Counted from the stretch's first letter, positions 32,100-43,662 are shown. The stretch is 64,000 bases of DNA from Mayamaea pseudoterrestris (GCA_027923505.1 BROI01000002.1:806001-870000); one strand, 5' to 3'. Program-made: numbers and translations. Notes: generated by a model not told the origin, from the letters alone.

Positions 32100-33845
32100 T
32101 CACGATAATTGATTGTCCCACGTAAGGGCAATGTCACCACCATGAGGTGGTGAGCTGCCTATGTGCACACTATCTCCGTCAATGGAGACCGGTCGTCTAA
32201 GCTTCCACCACGGCATATTGTCAAGAGAAATCTCTATATCGGAGATATCTTTTCCCTTTGTATCTGGGATAGCAACAAGAGCGAATAAGAAGCCAGCGCA
32301 TGCAACTAGGAAGTATATAAGAAACACACTGGAAGGTCTTCCGAGCCACACTTGGGCGGAGATAAAGGTTGACGTTACTAACGTCGCACAAGCATATGTA
32401 ACTATCGTGCTGGCACCGAGGGCCCGTCCGCGAATCTCAGTTGGAAACAGTTCCGACGTCAACAGCCATGTCAGAGTTCCAAAGGATAGACTATATCCAG
32501 TCACAACGAGCAGCACACCAGGTATGGCCCAGGCGAGACCTACACCATTCTCTGACAAATTCTCTGCATTTCCCGTGCTTAAACCCTGCAGTTGCATTGA
32601 CTCAAAAGCAATGACCAAAAACAGCATACCTACTGCAATGACTGCTATACCCGACAATAAGAGGAATCGTCGACCGAACACTTCAATCTTCCAAACAACG
32701 AGAACAGTCGTAATAAACTTGACAAGTCCGATCGAAAGTGTCGCCCAGCTGTGAGCATCAGTTGACTGAGCATTTCTACCAGCCGCAGCAAAGATGGCGG
32801 GAGCATAGCTCAAAACGTTTGTCTGTCCACAAAATTGCTGAGTCACTGCAAGGAAACATGCTATGATTGCTTGTCGTCGATGGTTTATGCAAAGTTGTTT
32901 TACAAAGACAATTTGCTGCTGCATGAGTATGATGACTCCATGAAAATGTGTAGATACCAAATTAAAATAGCATTGTCTCTGTCGTGCAGGGTGCGAGGCA
33001 ATTGCCAAAAGCACATCATTATCGCCTTCGACTAGTGAGCTGTACCGTTCTTCCGTTTTCTTTTCGTCACCTTCGACAGTCTCTGGAATGAGTGCGCGAC
33101 CGCGAATCAACTGCATGGCTACTCGACTCTCTTCTATTCGTCCCTGGCCTTGTAGCCATAATGGACTCTCAGGCATTCTAGCCATTCCAAGCAACTGAAG
33201 TATGGCGATCAAACCACTAGCACCGAACATTGGCCGCCAAGCGCTGGCACTCGTATCACTTGAAAAGGCAATGCTTGCAACGAATGCCAGCAAAAAACCC
33301 AGCGATATGCAGGCTTCGTTGACGCTGACAATGCTTCCACGCAACTGCACTGGAGCAATCTCGTGCAGATACGAGACATCAGCTATTCCAGAAACTGCGA
33401 CTGCAAATCCAACGACTAGTCTCCCGAGTATGACATATGCGTAGGAAGGAGCGAGCCATAGAATAAACGCTCCGATCAGAAAGCAGATATCTGTCACAAT
33501 GATGGCTCGTTTCCTACCAAAGGTATCACAGATGCTTCCTCCAACCATGGCGCCAACGCCTCCTCCGACGTACAAAATGCTGACAACCATTTCTTGCTGA
33601 CGAACGGACAAATCAAAGTCCAACGTCAGCCATGGAAGCGCGCCAGAAACAACTCCCAAGTCGTACCCAAATAGAATTCCGCCCAAACTAGCCATGGCTA
33701 TGACTTGTATGGTGAATGCCGACAGCCTTGTCTCACTGCTGCTGCCCGGTTTTTCGTCATTTGCTGGATGCTCGTCCAGTCCAGCACTTGGAATGGCATC
33801 ATCCAGTCGAGGCAAAGCATACTGCTTCCTCATCATGCGAATCAT
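32100..33845 (-). CDS. MFS sugar porter family transporter
   Basis: LGGILFGYDLGVVSG, DTFGRKRAI, YLHEIAPVQLRG, MPESP, QQFCGQTNVL, FGRRFLL, SELFPTEIRGRA, PDTKG. Confidence 0.92.
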   Translation of the reverse strand: MIRMMRKQYALPRLDDAIPSAGLDEHPANDEKPGSSSETRLSAFTIQVIAMASLGGILFGYDLGVVSGALPWLTLDFDLSVRQQEMVVSILYVGGGVGAMVGGSICDTFGRKRAIIVTDICFLIGAFILWLAPSYAYVILGRLVVGFAVAVSGIADVSYLHEIAPVQLRGSIVSVNEACISLGFLLAFVASIAFSSDTSASAWRPMFGASGLIAILQLLGMARMPESPLWLQGQGRIEESRVAMQLIRGRALIPETVEGDEKKTEERYSSLVEGDNDVLLAIASHPARQRQCYFNLVSTHFHGVIILMQQQIVFVKQLCINHRRQAIIACFLAVTQQFCGQTNVLSYAPAIFAAAGRNAQSTDAHSWATLSIGLVKFITTVLVVWKIEVFGRRFLLLSGIAVIAVGMLFLVIAFESMQLQGLSTGNAENLSENGVGLAWAIPGVLLVVTGYSLSFGTLTWLLTSELFPTEIRGRALGASTIVTYACATLVTSTFISAQVWLGRPSSVFLIYFLVACAGFLFALVAIPDTKGKDISDIEISLDNMPWWKLRRPVSIDGDSVHIGSSPPHGGDIALTWDNQLS

Positions 33846-34343
33846 TCAAGTAGCGTCTCAGGTTCATGAAACTGACGTATCGCTTTGAATGTCGCACTAG
33901 ATACTCCGTCAATGCCACCTGCTCCCGCTGCTCGAATCTAGCACTCTTGGCTCTCAATATGCTGAAGTCGACGAGACCGATATCATACGATAATTACTCC
34001 AGCTTGTGTAGACTAATTCTGTACTGGGGCGCGCATGCAAAAGGTGTCAATTTAATGGCTTAAAGGTGCGGCGTGGTGTGCCTTCGTGGGATGATCTGAT
34101 CCCGGTTCGTTCGTTTGGCGAGCAAATGATGTGTCGTACCACGACTCCAAAGAACCGTTACGACACAAAAGAGGAGAAAGGGATGAGGTTGATCGCCAAA
34201 CGACTTCCCCGCCCCTCGTCGTCACAAGAACCAACAACCCACCCGACACGCCGACACTTGCACTCTGCTCACCGGCCCTTCTCAAGTAATCACTCTACAT
34301 TGCCACATTCTACTCACTGGCCATCTTTGAGCTGATTTTACAA

Positions 34344-35891
34344 ATGTCCGCTGAAGCAAAGCTTGCCAAAGTTCAAAAGAAAATTCGCCAAGGTTTAATC
34401 AAGCACGGTACAAAGGTTGAAGTTAACGATGCTGATCCATGTGGCGACGGGGATCAGTCAATCATCGACACTGGCGGCTTTGCTCGTCAGCAATTTTATC
34501 GAAACTTGTACGGGGAAGCAGGTGACATTAATTATCTCGTTGAGGTCGGCCTGGCTCCATTGTCATCATTTGCCAGACACTGCATAGCAGGCACTGTGAC
34601 CGCAATGCGAAGAATGCTTCAAGAAGCCGATACGGATCCAACAAAGCCCTCGGAAGCATTAGTTCAATTGTTGGAAAAGCGCGAAACGACCCAGCGCTTG
34701 TCACCATTGTTGATGACTGTCGGCATAGGCAAGAATGTTCAGCTTTCGGCAGACTCTTTGGTGCCGCAGCATCTCAAGGCGGTGGAACTCTTGCTCGAGT
34801 ATGGAGCCCGCCCTGATGCCCGAGACGTTTGCGGAAAGACTGTCTGTCACTACGGGTTGGGAGCTTTTGCGACGGAAATGACTATGAAGGCTTGCGAATA
34901 TTGCATTGCAGCTCACCAGTCGAGTCATTTGTTTGGAAAGGAAGTGGAACTACACTCGCTTAGTACCACGGAACTGAATGGATTGCGAGGCATTTGTCGC
35001 GGCTACATTGTATCGACTGGCCGGCGAATGGTTCATTTACATGATAGGAACGAGACAAAGGCGCTAAAGCCAATGAATTTGAAGCTTGTCAACGGAGACT
35101 CAAACACTGTTACTGTCAACTTGTGCGATATTCAAGATCGACTGAAAGGCGTAGCATTGATTGAAGTGTTAATGGCAAATCGACTTGACGTTGCAAAAGT
35201 CTTATTGGACCAGCATAACGCTAGCATTGACATAGTTAATGTTGAAGGCCTCTCACCCAAAATAATGGCCGCCAAGGCGGGTGCATTGTCCCAAGTCGGC
35301 GGCATGATAATGAAGAGTGCCATGCGTAAGAGTCGAGCAGAGCACGTGACTCGCCAGAAAACATGCGCCAACTGCGGAAGAGTGGACGACTCGCTGACGA
35401 AATGCGGAAGGTGCCTCACCGTATGTTACTGCTCGCGAAACTGTCAGGTTGCACATTGGAAAGCGGGACATAAGGGGGATTGCGTGCCTGTTTTGGACGA
35501 GAAACAATTCGTTAGTTTGAAAAAGCCTCGTGCCGGAGGCATGTCCGTGGCGACATTCAGTGTGGGTACTGGGTCACTTGGCGCTGCTTCGAGACAGCAG
35601 CCAACTAGAACTATGTCAGACTCTTTTCGAAAACCCAGCAATGTGGCTTACGGTGAACAATTCTACATAAAGATTCAGGCCGGTGGAGTGCTAACGCCCC
35701 TGCTGTTATACGATCAGTCACGCGAGTTTCAAACGACTGTCAACCCATCGGACCCAGCCTTTGACCAACTACGAGCTAAAGTTGTCGCCGATCCTGCTGC
35801 CGATGGACGGAAAACCTATTTGAAGTGCAGCTTTGACAACCAAGATAGCTGCTCTATTTTTCTTAATACTCGGTCAGTGAAATTATGGTAG
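34344..35891 (+). CDS. Ankyrin-like repeat plus MYND zinc finger protein, paralog 1
   Basis: VELLLEYGARPDARDVCGKTVCHY, HNASIDIVNVEGLSP, and MYND CANC...CGRC...YCSRNCQVAHWKAGHKGDC. Confidence 0.85.
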   Translation: MSAEAKLAKVQKKIRQGLIKHGTKVEVNDADPCGDGDQSIIDTGGFARQQFYRNLYGEAGDINYLVEVGLAPLSSFARHCIAGTVTAMRRMLQEADTDPTKPSEALVQLLEKRETTQRLSPLLMTVGIGKNVQLSADSLVPQHLKAVELLLEYGARPDARDVCGKTVCHYGLGAFATEMTMKACEYCIAAHQSSHLFGKEVELHSLSTTELNGLRGICRGYIVSTGRRMVHLHDRNETKALKPMNLKLVNGDSNTVTVNLCDIQDRLKGVALIEVLMANRLDVAKVLLDQHNASIDIVNVEGLSPKIMAAKAGALSQVGGMIMKSAMRKSRAEHVTRQKTCANCGRVDDSLTKCGRCLTVCYCSRNCQVAHWKAGHKGDCVPVLDEKQFVSLKKPRAGGMSVATFSVGTGSLGAASRQQPTRTMSDSFRKPSNVAYGEQFYIKIQAGGVLTPLLLYDQSREFQTTVNPSDPAFDQLRAKVVADPAADGRKTYLKCSFDNQDSCSIFLNTRSVKLW

Positions 35892-36236
35892 CGACGAGGT
35901 GCTTTGAATGATTGCTGCTCGCATCACCACACCCCGCTGCCATCGCCCAGCTATCAACGGTTAGAAAGTAGTATTTAACAAGGCAATACCTAATATAAAC
36001 TTTGTCATTATCATATCATGGACCATAGCCCGGTAATGTAAAGAGTTGACGATCCTGCAGCAAAAACGCCTGTGGGTAGGTACAAGTAATGGTGCGACAA
36101 TCGGACGTTTTGAGGCCTTTTTCGACGAGTCACGAGCTCTAAGTCACGCAAGATCGGTGACGTCGCTCCTTGAAGTCGAGCTTGGGCAAATCCTCGGGCA
36201 ACTCTTCATTTTCACTTCCAAATAGCATTCGCCACC

Positions 36237-37008
36237 ATGAAGATCGCCGTCGCCGCCTCCCTCATTGCCTCCGCTGCTGCATTTGCCCCAGCTGCCAAGC
36301 AGGCCTCCAGCACTGCTATCAAGTCGTTTGAAAATGAGCTTGGTATGTAATTTCAGCATTTGTTACTCATGCGAAACTGCATGCAGCCGTCGCAGACTCT
36401 AACTCACCGAACAATTCCTACTGTATCGATTCGCAGGAGTCATTCAACCCACTGGATTCTGGGACCCAGCTGGCTTGACCAAGAACATTGACCAGGAGAC
36501 TTTCGACCAATACCGAACGGCCGAGCTCAAGCATGGCCGCGTCGCCCAATTGGCCGTCATCGGATACATTGTTCCGGAGGTCTACCGATTCGGCTTTGAC
36601 ATTGCCCCGGGCTTGCCTTGCGCTGATGTGCCCAACGGTGTCGCTGCCATTGACGCCATTCCCGCTCTTGGATGGGCGCAAATCTTCTTTGCGATTGGTG
36701 CCGTCGACTACTATGGCTTCCTTGGCGACTTTGACAGTGGCAAGCCCAACTTGGATGCCACCACCCTTGAGACCCGAAAGCTTCAAGAGCTTCAGCGTAA
36801 GTTGATATGAAATGGAGTCAGACGTAATACCATCTATCAAGTCGATAAATGCGCTCATTCCTTCTTTTTTATGTTTTCCTAAACAGACGGACGCTTGGCA
36901 ATGCTTGCCACCCTTGAGCTCTTCCGTCACGACAGCCAGAACCTTGTCAAGCCTGCGTTTGACGGACTTGACCATTTGATCACTGGCTTGCCATTCCTTT
37001 ACAACTAA
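36237..37008 (+). CDS. Fucoxanthin-chlorophyll a/c binding protein (LHC family), 3 exons
   Basis: Exons 36237-36342, 36437-36796, 36887-37008. ASAAAFAP presequence, GFWDPAG, AELKHGRVAQLA, ELQHGRLAMLA. Subfamily not assigned. Confidence 0.96.
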
Positions 37009-37481
37009 GTTATGTTGAATACTCTAACCGTTAGTGATTAAGCAACCCTTCCTTAAACACCTGTAGACTCTGTTTTTGGTTACATCTCGTTTAGCACCTC
37101 CATTTGCGCCAACAAATCCTACTCGGGATGTAGAATATGGTATGATCGTTTGTGAGAGTAAAGGGGTTGGAGATAAACTAACGCGGCCGAAACAACAATA
37201 TGACGCAAGTTGAAGAGTAGCTGACGTCCGCTCATTTCTCCAAGCATCGCCGGTTCTCACACAATTCGCAAAGCATTGCACGTAAGCGAACATTACACGC
37301 CACACCGCAAATCAGTAGCTGCCGCCTCTTACAAAGCGAGATATTGATACTGCCAACTAATACGGTCACTTGAGCAGTTGTTGATACGTCAGACATCAGA
37401 CGACCTGCGAGAGGCGAGAGCACAACCAACATTACAATCTAGTCCATCGACACGGCAAGCATAAAACACAGTCCACACATC

Positions 37482-39047
37482 ATGTCACTCGCTGAACTGT
37501 CCAGAATCCGCGCCAAGATTCGCCAAGACTTGATCAACAATGGCACAGACGTGAATTTAAACGACGTTGATTTATACGGCGACGGCGACCAGTCGCTGCT
37601 TCCAGCGGGCGACAAGGTGCGGCAGCAAGTCTACCGAGACTTGTACGCCAGCGGCGGAGACGTTCCGTACATGATGGAGCAGCTGCAAATGACCGAGTTT
37701 TCGCACTTTGCCCAGTGCTGCATCTCCGGTCACGTGGAGGGTGTGCGCGAGTGTATTGAAAACGCCGACACTGACGCAGCGCGTCCGTCGCAAGCGTTGG
37801 TGCAGTTGCTGGAGAAGCGTGAAACGACGCAGCGCTTGTCACCGTTACTCATGATACTCAGTATTGGGAGAAGCTTCTTTGGCTTGCAGGGGAATAGGAG
37901 TTTGGAAGCAAAGCAGCTGGAAGTAGTCAAGCTTTTGCTCAAGTATGGCGCTAGACCTGACGCACGAGATGTTTGCGGCAAGACGGTCTGCCACTATGGC
38001 ATGGGAGCCATTGTCACTGGCATGGCTCTCAAGGGAGCAGGATTTTGCGTTGAAGCGCACAAGTCGAGTCATTTGTTTGGAAGGGAGGTTGAGTTACATT
38101 CCCTGAAGAATGAGGAGCTCAATGGAGTGCGAGGGGTGTGCCGAGGTTATGTGGTGGACACGGGTCGAAGGGCCGTATACCTGTTGGAAAAGAAGGAGAC
38201 TGTCGGGATTAAACCAATCCACTTGAAGCTGGCTGGTCCACAATCTACTACCGACACTGATCGGCCGAAATTAGTTGACATGCAGGATCGAATTGGTGGT
38301 GTTCCTTTGCTGGAAACATACATGGGCGGCCAGGCTGATGTGGCCGACATTTTGCTTGAAGAGCACCATGCCAGCATTGACATTGCAGACGTTGATGGGT
38401 TCTCCCCAAGGTCCATGGCCATGCAGAGAGGTGCTGGCTTCATGACGCCAGTTGCCAAGCTCATCAACAAGCATGCTGTCAAGCGAGATCGGGCGGAGAA
38501 AAAGAAGAATGAAGCGACGTGCTCAAACTGTTCCAAGACAGGCACATCATTGTCGGTTTGTTCGAAGTGTCAATCTACGCAGTATTGCTGCAAGGAATGC
38601 CATGTGACGCATTGGAGAAGTGGAGGGCACAAGGAGGAATGTCCAAAACTCAGCCGAGAGAAACAAGAAATAGTTGTACTGGAGAGGCCTCCACCTGACG
38701 TAAAGAATACGTTTCAGTCAACGTTCCAATTGGGCGGTGGAAAATTTACCTCGCAGCCAGTCGCTCATGCGTCTGCCACGTTTCACAAACCAAGCCATGT
38801 GGCCGTCGGTGAGCAGTTTTACATCAAGATTCAAGCCGAGGGCCCCACAGCGCCCTTGCTCATTTACGACAAGTCGCGGGAGTTTCGAACCTCGGTTGAG
38901 CCAAGCACTCCGGGGTTTGACGCATTGCGCAACAAAGTTAAGAGCGACCCAACTTCGAATGGAAGGAAGACTTACATGAAGTGTAGCTTTGATGAACAAG
39001 GCCGATGCACGATCTATCTTGGGACGAGATCGGCAAAGACTTGGTAA
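37482..39047 (+). CDS. Ankyrin-like repeat plus MYND zinc finger protein, paralog 2
   Basis: Collinear with 34344..35891 (LVQLLEKRETTQRLSPLLM, YGARPDARDVCGKTVCHYG, GEQFYIKIQA, GRKTY.KCSFD). MYND CSNC...CSKC...YCCKECHVTHW..GGHKEEC. Confidence 0.85.
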   Translation: MSLAELSRIRAKIRQDLINNGTDVNLNDVDLYGDGDQSLLPAGDKVRQQVYRDLYASGGDVPYMMEQLQMTEFSHFAQCCISGHVEGVRECIENADTDAARPSQALVQLLEKRETTQRLSPLLMILSIGRSFFGLQGNRSLEAKQLEVVKLLLKYGARPDARDVCGKTVCHYGMGAIVTGMALKGAGFCVEAHKSSHLFGREVELHSLKNEELNGVRGVCRGYVVDTGRRAVYLLEKKETVGIKPIHLKLAGPQSTTDTDRPKLVDMQDRIGGVPLLETYMGGQADVADILLEEHHASIDIADVDGFSPRSMAMQRGAGFMTPVAKLINKHAVKRDRAEKKKNEATCSNCSKTGTSLSVCSKCQSTQYCCKECHVTHWRSGGHKEECPKLSREKQEIVVLERPPPDVKNTFQSTFQLGGGKFTSQPVAHASATFHKPSHVAVGEQFYIKIQAEGPTAPLLIYDKSREFRTSVEPSTPGFDALRNKVKSDPTSNGRKTYMKCSFDEQGRCTIYLGTRSAKTW

Positions 39048-39131
39048 AACGTCAAGTTGTGTGTAAGTTGTGTGTTTTTTGGCATTTGAAACAGAACATA
39101 GTATCTAACGTTTGCGTGATAATTTGTACAT

Positions 39132-40676
39132 CTATAACTTTTTATTTGAATATTGCCCCGAGCCAAAGCTTTGGTTGCTTCTCGACTTGCGTGGCGTCAT
39201 TGAGCGAGGACGACGGCGCGCCGGTTGCAGCCACTGCCATCGAAACAACATAGTGGCGCCAGTAGCAAAGCCGCCTGCCATCGCCGTTCCAAGTAGCAGG
39301 CGAGACGACGGCATGGAGAGTGTCATGGCGTACGAACCGCGTCCAATCGTCAAGGAACGGTGGCGCTGACCATGCGCAAGGGCACCCAGTCCCAGTGAAG
39401 CGAGCGTAACGCTTGCACTAAATCGCAATACTGTATCAGCCATTGGGCGCAACTGTCGCACCCAATAGCGCTGAAAGGGAGCCCAAATACCATCATACAT
39501 GGAATTCATGAATGCCTCTGTCAGCACTCGTTCCTCCTCCTCATAGTCAATCTCATCCAGCACCAGCGAGTCTTCCTCGGGCAAAGACGCCACGTCGTAA
39601 TCGTCGCCACAAACGGTTCCATTCGTCACCGCCGTCTCTCCCCGCGATGGACGTCGCTCAATGCCCAAGGATCGAATCATTTGTACCGCTTGCTCATCCG
39701 TCAGGGCGTCGGCCAAATGCGAAGCATTGCGCGCCACGTGCAAGTCGGATTCGTCGTCATCGTCAACAACAACATTAGTGTCTTGACGGCTCGGGTTCAT
39801 TCGTGGCGTCTCCTCCATAATGACTTCAATCGCTGGCTGTCGCTGCATTCGCCGCGTCGTTTCCGGATAATGTGGTGGCGCTGGAACGGTTGCTTGGTAT
39901 CGCTCCTCCCCCATTAACAATCGCATAAAGTAGTCACCCAAAAAGTATCCAACACCGGGACGCAATAACTGCTGCCGATGCCGCGGAGCCAGTCGTTCAA
40001 TGTAATCAGTCCGCTGCGCGGGTGTCAGTCCGGGAAAAAAGTAAAGCATCAAGTGGCGATTCTCGCGAATAAAGGCATCGTCCGTCATCCAGTCGTGCAC
40101 CGACTGCTCCGTCAACATTTGGTACCAGCGCGAGGGAAGCAAGGGGCCAATGCCGCGCGTGTGAATCATGTTTTGAAAACCTTCATTGGCATATAGATAC
40201 GTCAGGTATAAAATCGCCAAAATGTTTGCCAAGAGCACTCCAAGCGAAAGCAAGGCCGCCATTGGTAGAATGGATGCAAGCAAGGCTACCGTCGATGCAG
40301 CAGTCGTTCCCGACAAGATTGCAATCTGCCGCAGCCGCGGATGCATTTCCGTTACCGAAAAATTGCTGGTATCAGCAGCAGCAGTCGCTGGAGTCAGACT
40401 GTGCAAACTGCTTCGTCGTCGCACCAACTGCTGCCGCGACGAGTGGACTTGCTCTGGAATGCTATGTAGTCCACGACGCTGCCGATGGTTTGACGAAAAC
40501 TCCGTCTGCGGCGTCAAGTCGGCCGTCGAATGCGTTTGGACGGAAACGTGGCTGGGAACCTTGTAGTCTTGGAGCGAGTCGTCCGGAAAGAGTTGCTTGG
40601 GAATGCGATTGTTGCGATCGTCACCGCCATTGTTGCTATCGTCTCCGCCGCCGTTGCTTTGGCCCGGGGCGTTCAT
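39132..40676 (-). CDS. Hypothetical membrane protein
   Basis: 514-aa ORF with two hydrophobic helices near the N-terminus and two near the C-terminus; no family recognised. Confidence 0.65.
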   Translation of the reverse strand: MNAPGQSNGGGDDSNNGGDDRNNRIPKQLFPDDSLQDYKVPSHVSVQTHSTADLTPQTEFSSNHRQRRGLHSIPEQVHSSRQQLVRRRSSLHSLTPATAAADTSNFSVTEMHPRLRQIAILSGTTAASTVALLASILPMAALLSLGVLLANILAILYLTYLYANEGFQNMIHTRGIGPLLPSRWYQMLTEQSVHDWMTDDAFIRENRHLMLYFFPGLTPAQRTDYIERLAPRHRQQLLRPGVGYFLGDYFMRLLMGEERYQATVPAPPHYPETTRRMQRQPAIEVIMEETPRMNPSRQDTNVVVDDDDESDLHVARNASHLADALTDEQAVQMIRSLGIERRPSRGETAVTNGTVCGDDYDVASLPEEDSLVLDEIDYEEEERVLTEAFMNSMYDGIWAPFQRYWVRQLRPMADTVLRFSASVTLASLGLGALAHGQRHRSLTIGRGSYAMTLSMPSSRLLLGTAMAGGFATGATMLFRWQWLQPARRRPRSMTPRKSRSNQSFGSGQYSNKKL

Positions 40677-41039
40677 AGTGAATGTGATTGTAGTGACTGC
40701 GACGCTTTCCGCTTACAGCAAAACTACGCAATAGTCGTAAATCGTCGTCCAAGCGTGGGGGCTGCCAATGTTGTGTGAAAGAGGAGACCTTCCAATGGAA
40801 TCCAGCGTTCGCTTGGCGTTGCGAGAAAGCCCCAAGCGCCCGTGCGTACAAAATGTACCAGAAGCTACGAGGAGTTCGGAGGAACATTAAGTACCGGTAC
40901 GTCGCGGTTTTCATGATCGCGCAATTTGAGATTGTCGTGCGCACCCATCGTCGAACGATCAATCGTCGACGTTGACGACACAGCGTCTTCGATTCTTTCA
41001 AGCTATCAATCATATCTTATTCATCCATTCATTGCAACA

Positions 41040-42356
41040 ATGTTGAGCTCTAGCTTGAACCGCGTCTCACATAGCTTGCTACGCTTCAGCTCCATCCGGA
41101 GCCTTTCTGTCGCACCATTGCCAACGGAGCAAGCCATTGTTGTTGATCGTTACAAGGCTTCGGACATCAAGTCGCACCACAACGTGAGCAAGCAGCAGTT
41201 AAATGGTCCACCCATGACAGATCCAGAGATTCGTTTACCAAACGATGCTCGTATTCGAAACTCACTCTATGATACGGAGGAAGAACGTTCCATGGCAGGT
41301 TATTCTTCCACCATTCGTCATGACTGGACCAAACCGGAGATTGCCGAGATTTACTTCCTTCCATTCTACGAATTAATGTACAGGGCAGCGACTGTCCATC
41401 GCATGTACTGGGATCCATCAGAAGTACAGCAGTGCACGCTGCTTAGCATCAAGACGGGTGGATGCACCGAGGATTGCTCCTACTGCAGTCAATCTGTTTC
41501 GCACAAGACCTTTGTCAAGCCGACACCAACGTTAAAGGTGCAGGAGGTTCTGGAAGCAGCGAAAAAGGCCAAGGAAGCTGGCTCGACGCGATTCTGCATG
41601 GGCGCGGCTTGGCGTGAGCTTGGCAACAAGAAGAATGCCTTTGGACATGTGCTTGAAATGGTACGCGGGGTGAACGCAATGGGCTTGGAAGTCTGCTGCA
41701 CGCTTGGCATGTTGACGGCCGAGCAAGCCAAACAGCTGAAAGAAGCGGGGCTGACGGCGTATAATCACAATTTGGACACGTCGCCGGAACATTATCCCAA
41801 GGTTATTACGACGAGAACGTATGAAGATCGCTTGAATACAATTGCCAACGTCCGCGAGGCTGGAATCAACGTTTGCTGTGGAGGCATTCTGGGTTTAGGT
41901 GAAGCGGAAACTGACCGGGTTGGTTTGCTGCACGTATTGGCGACACTTCCCGAGCACCCAGAGTCTGTGCCAATCAACGCGCTCGTCACAGTGGAAGGAA
42001 CACCTCTCGGTGACAAGGACAATATTGATTCCGTTGACGTTTTTGATATGGCGCGCATGATTGCGACGGCTCGCATTGTCATGCCACGCACCATGGTGCG
42101 ATTGTCGGCTGGGCGACTCTCGTTCAGCGAAGCGGAGCAGTATCTCATGTTTCAAGCCGGAGCAAATTCAATATTTACTGGAGACAAGCTATTGACGACT
42201 AGCAACCCAGAGTTCGACAAGGACCAGGCGCTCTTCCAAAAGTTGGGTTTCCGCGGCAAGCCTGCTCACAAAGGTCCCTTGATACCTCCCAAGGAAGGGC
42301 AAGGTGAAGTACACATTACTCACAGCAAGGCGGAACGAGCGCAAAGTTATGCGTAA
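41040..42356 (+). CDS. BIO2: Biotin synthase (radical SAM), mitochondrial
   Basis: LLSIKTGGCTEDCSYCSQS (CxxxCxxC), GSTRFCMGAAWR, YNHNLDTS, HPESVPINAL, VRLSAGR, AGANSIFTGDKLLTT. Ser/Arg-rich presequence from ATG 41040. Confidence 0.97.
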   Translation: MLSSSLNRVSHSLLRFSSIRSLSVAPLPTEQAIVVDRYKASDIKSHHNVSKQQLNGPPMTDPEIRLPNDARIRNSLYDTEEERSMAGYSSTIRHDWTKPEIAEIYFLPFYELMYRAATVHRMYWDPSEVQQCTLLSIKTGGCTEDCSYCSQSVSHKTFVKPTPTLKVQEVLEAAKKAKEAGSTRFCMGAAWRELGNKKNAFGHVLEMVRGVNAMGLEVCCTLGMLTAEQAKQLKEAGLTAYNHNLDTSPEHYPKVITTRTYEDRLNTIANVREAGINVCCGGILGLGEAETDRVGLLHVLATLPEHPESVPINALVTVEGTPLGDKDNIDSVDVFDMARMIATARIVMPRTMVRLSAGRLSFSEAEQYLMFQAGANSIFTGDKLLTTSNPEFDKDQALFQKLGFRGKPAHKGPLIPPKEGQGEVHITHSKAERAQSYA

Positions 42357-42655
42357 AACAGTTGTCTGTGTGTGCATGTCGGATCATTTGACTACGTAGA
42401 TATAAGGCACTGCTACCGTAGTTGGACACATTATGCTTTACCAAGTCTACATTTAGTAGTCGTCACAGCCTGTTTCAATGGCAGCTTCTACAAGTAGCAA
42501 AACATCTTCGTACCAATGCGGGAACTTGAATCAACTTTCGCTTGCGCATACTTGTAAGACGTAGGCTCTCTTACTATTAGCTACGAGTACATCGCGTCAT
42601 CCCCCATAATACCGGTAGTCCGTTCGTCACAAAAAGGCGCGCTACACATTTCCCC

Positions 42656-43612
42656 ATGGTCGCAGCCCCCATTGCTCCATCGGCATCGCTGCCTGGCCAA
42701 CTATTCCTATATGCAGCAGGCAGAGCAGCCTTTGAATCTCCTCTGCTACCAGAGATTGCATCTTCTGCCACTCACCAAGTGCAGCAGCAGATTCGAACCA
42801 GCAAGTGCATATTGCTGGGCGGCTTGAGCGACGGTTTATGGCCCGTCCCCTACACGCATCAATTGTACCATCACGCCATTCTTCCATCTCCACACTGGTC
42901 ACTCGTCCAGCCAGTTTTGAGCAGTAGCTACACCGGCTTTGGCCATGGCTCGCTGCAGCGTGACACGGAGGAACTGGATGAGCTTGTTTCGCACTTGATG
43001 CAACATGGTTCCGCCACGGAGTTTGGCATTGTCGGACACTCGACGGGATGTCAGAATGCAGTGCACTACATGAAGCATGGCAAATACAGAGACAAGCTCA
43101 AAGTCGTAGCCTTGCAGGCACCCGTGTCGGACCGAGAGCAGGCGCAGCTGCAAGACGAACGCTACGAGTCCAACATTGACTTGGCGCGCTCCATGCGCGA
43201 CAACAACAAAGGAGACGAAATGATGCCGCGTCAAACCTTTTGGGCGCCCATTACGGCGAATCGCTTTTTGGATCTGCAAGAGTATGGCGGTGCCGACGAT
43301 TTCTTTTCGTCCGACTATACCGACGAGCAACTCGAGGAGCGATTGAGTCACGTTGGAAGTCGACGGGATCGCAAGGTGCTGGTAGCCTTTTCGGGAGCGG
43401 ATGAATATGTATCTTCTGCCATTAAAGACTCGCAGTTACTGTTGAATCGATTGGTGAATGCCATGAATGCAGCTTGTCCTGCCGACGAACCAGTTGCGAA
43501 AGGTTTATACTTGCAAAACGGGAACCACAATCTGTCACAAGCACCAGGCGACGGCGAAATGTTTGTGCAAGCGTTTGCGGAACTACTTCAAGCGCCAGAT
43601 ACATTGGCATAG
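42656..43612 (+). CDS. DUF1749/UPF0613 alpha/beta hydrolase (SidJ-like family)
   Basis: LGGLSDGL, LSSSYTGFG..SL.RD.EEL, nucleophile elbow GHSTGCQ, LQAPVSDRE, DDFFSSD, terminal H (NGNHNL). Confidence 0.85.
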   Translation: MVAAPIAPSASLPGQLFLYAAGRAAFESPLLPEIASSATHQVQQQIRTSKCILLGGLSDGLWPVPYTHQLYHHAILPSPHWSLVQPVLSSSYTGFGHGSLQRDTEELDELVSHLMQHGSATEFGIVGHSTGCQNAVHYMKHGKYRDKLKVVALQAPVSDREQAQLQDERYESNIDLARSMRDNNKGDEMMPRQTFWAPITANRFLDLQEYGGADDFFSSDYTDEQLEERLSHVGSRRDRKVLVAFSGADEYVSSAIKDSQLLLNRLVNAMNAACPADEPVAKGLYLQNGNHNLSQAPGDGEMFVQAFAELLQAPDTLA

Positions 43613-43662
43613 ATTGTAAAAGCATCTTGTAAGACGTAAAACACGGCTACTTTATCAGCTAC

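Noticed and set aside
41040..42356. Radical SAM enzyme as a maturase for the CKFCGSDD proteins
   Set aside because: It is an ordinary biotin synthase with a mitochondrial-type presequence, in a different compartment from secreted proteins.
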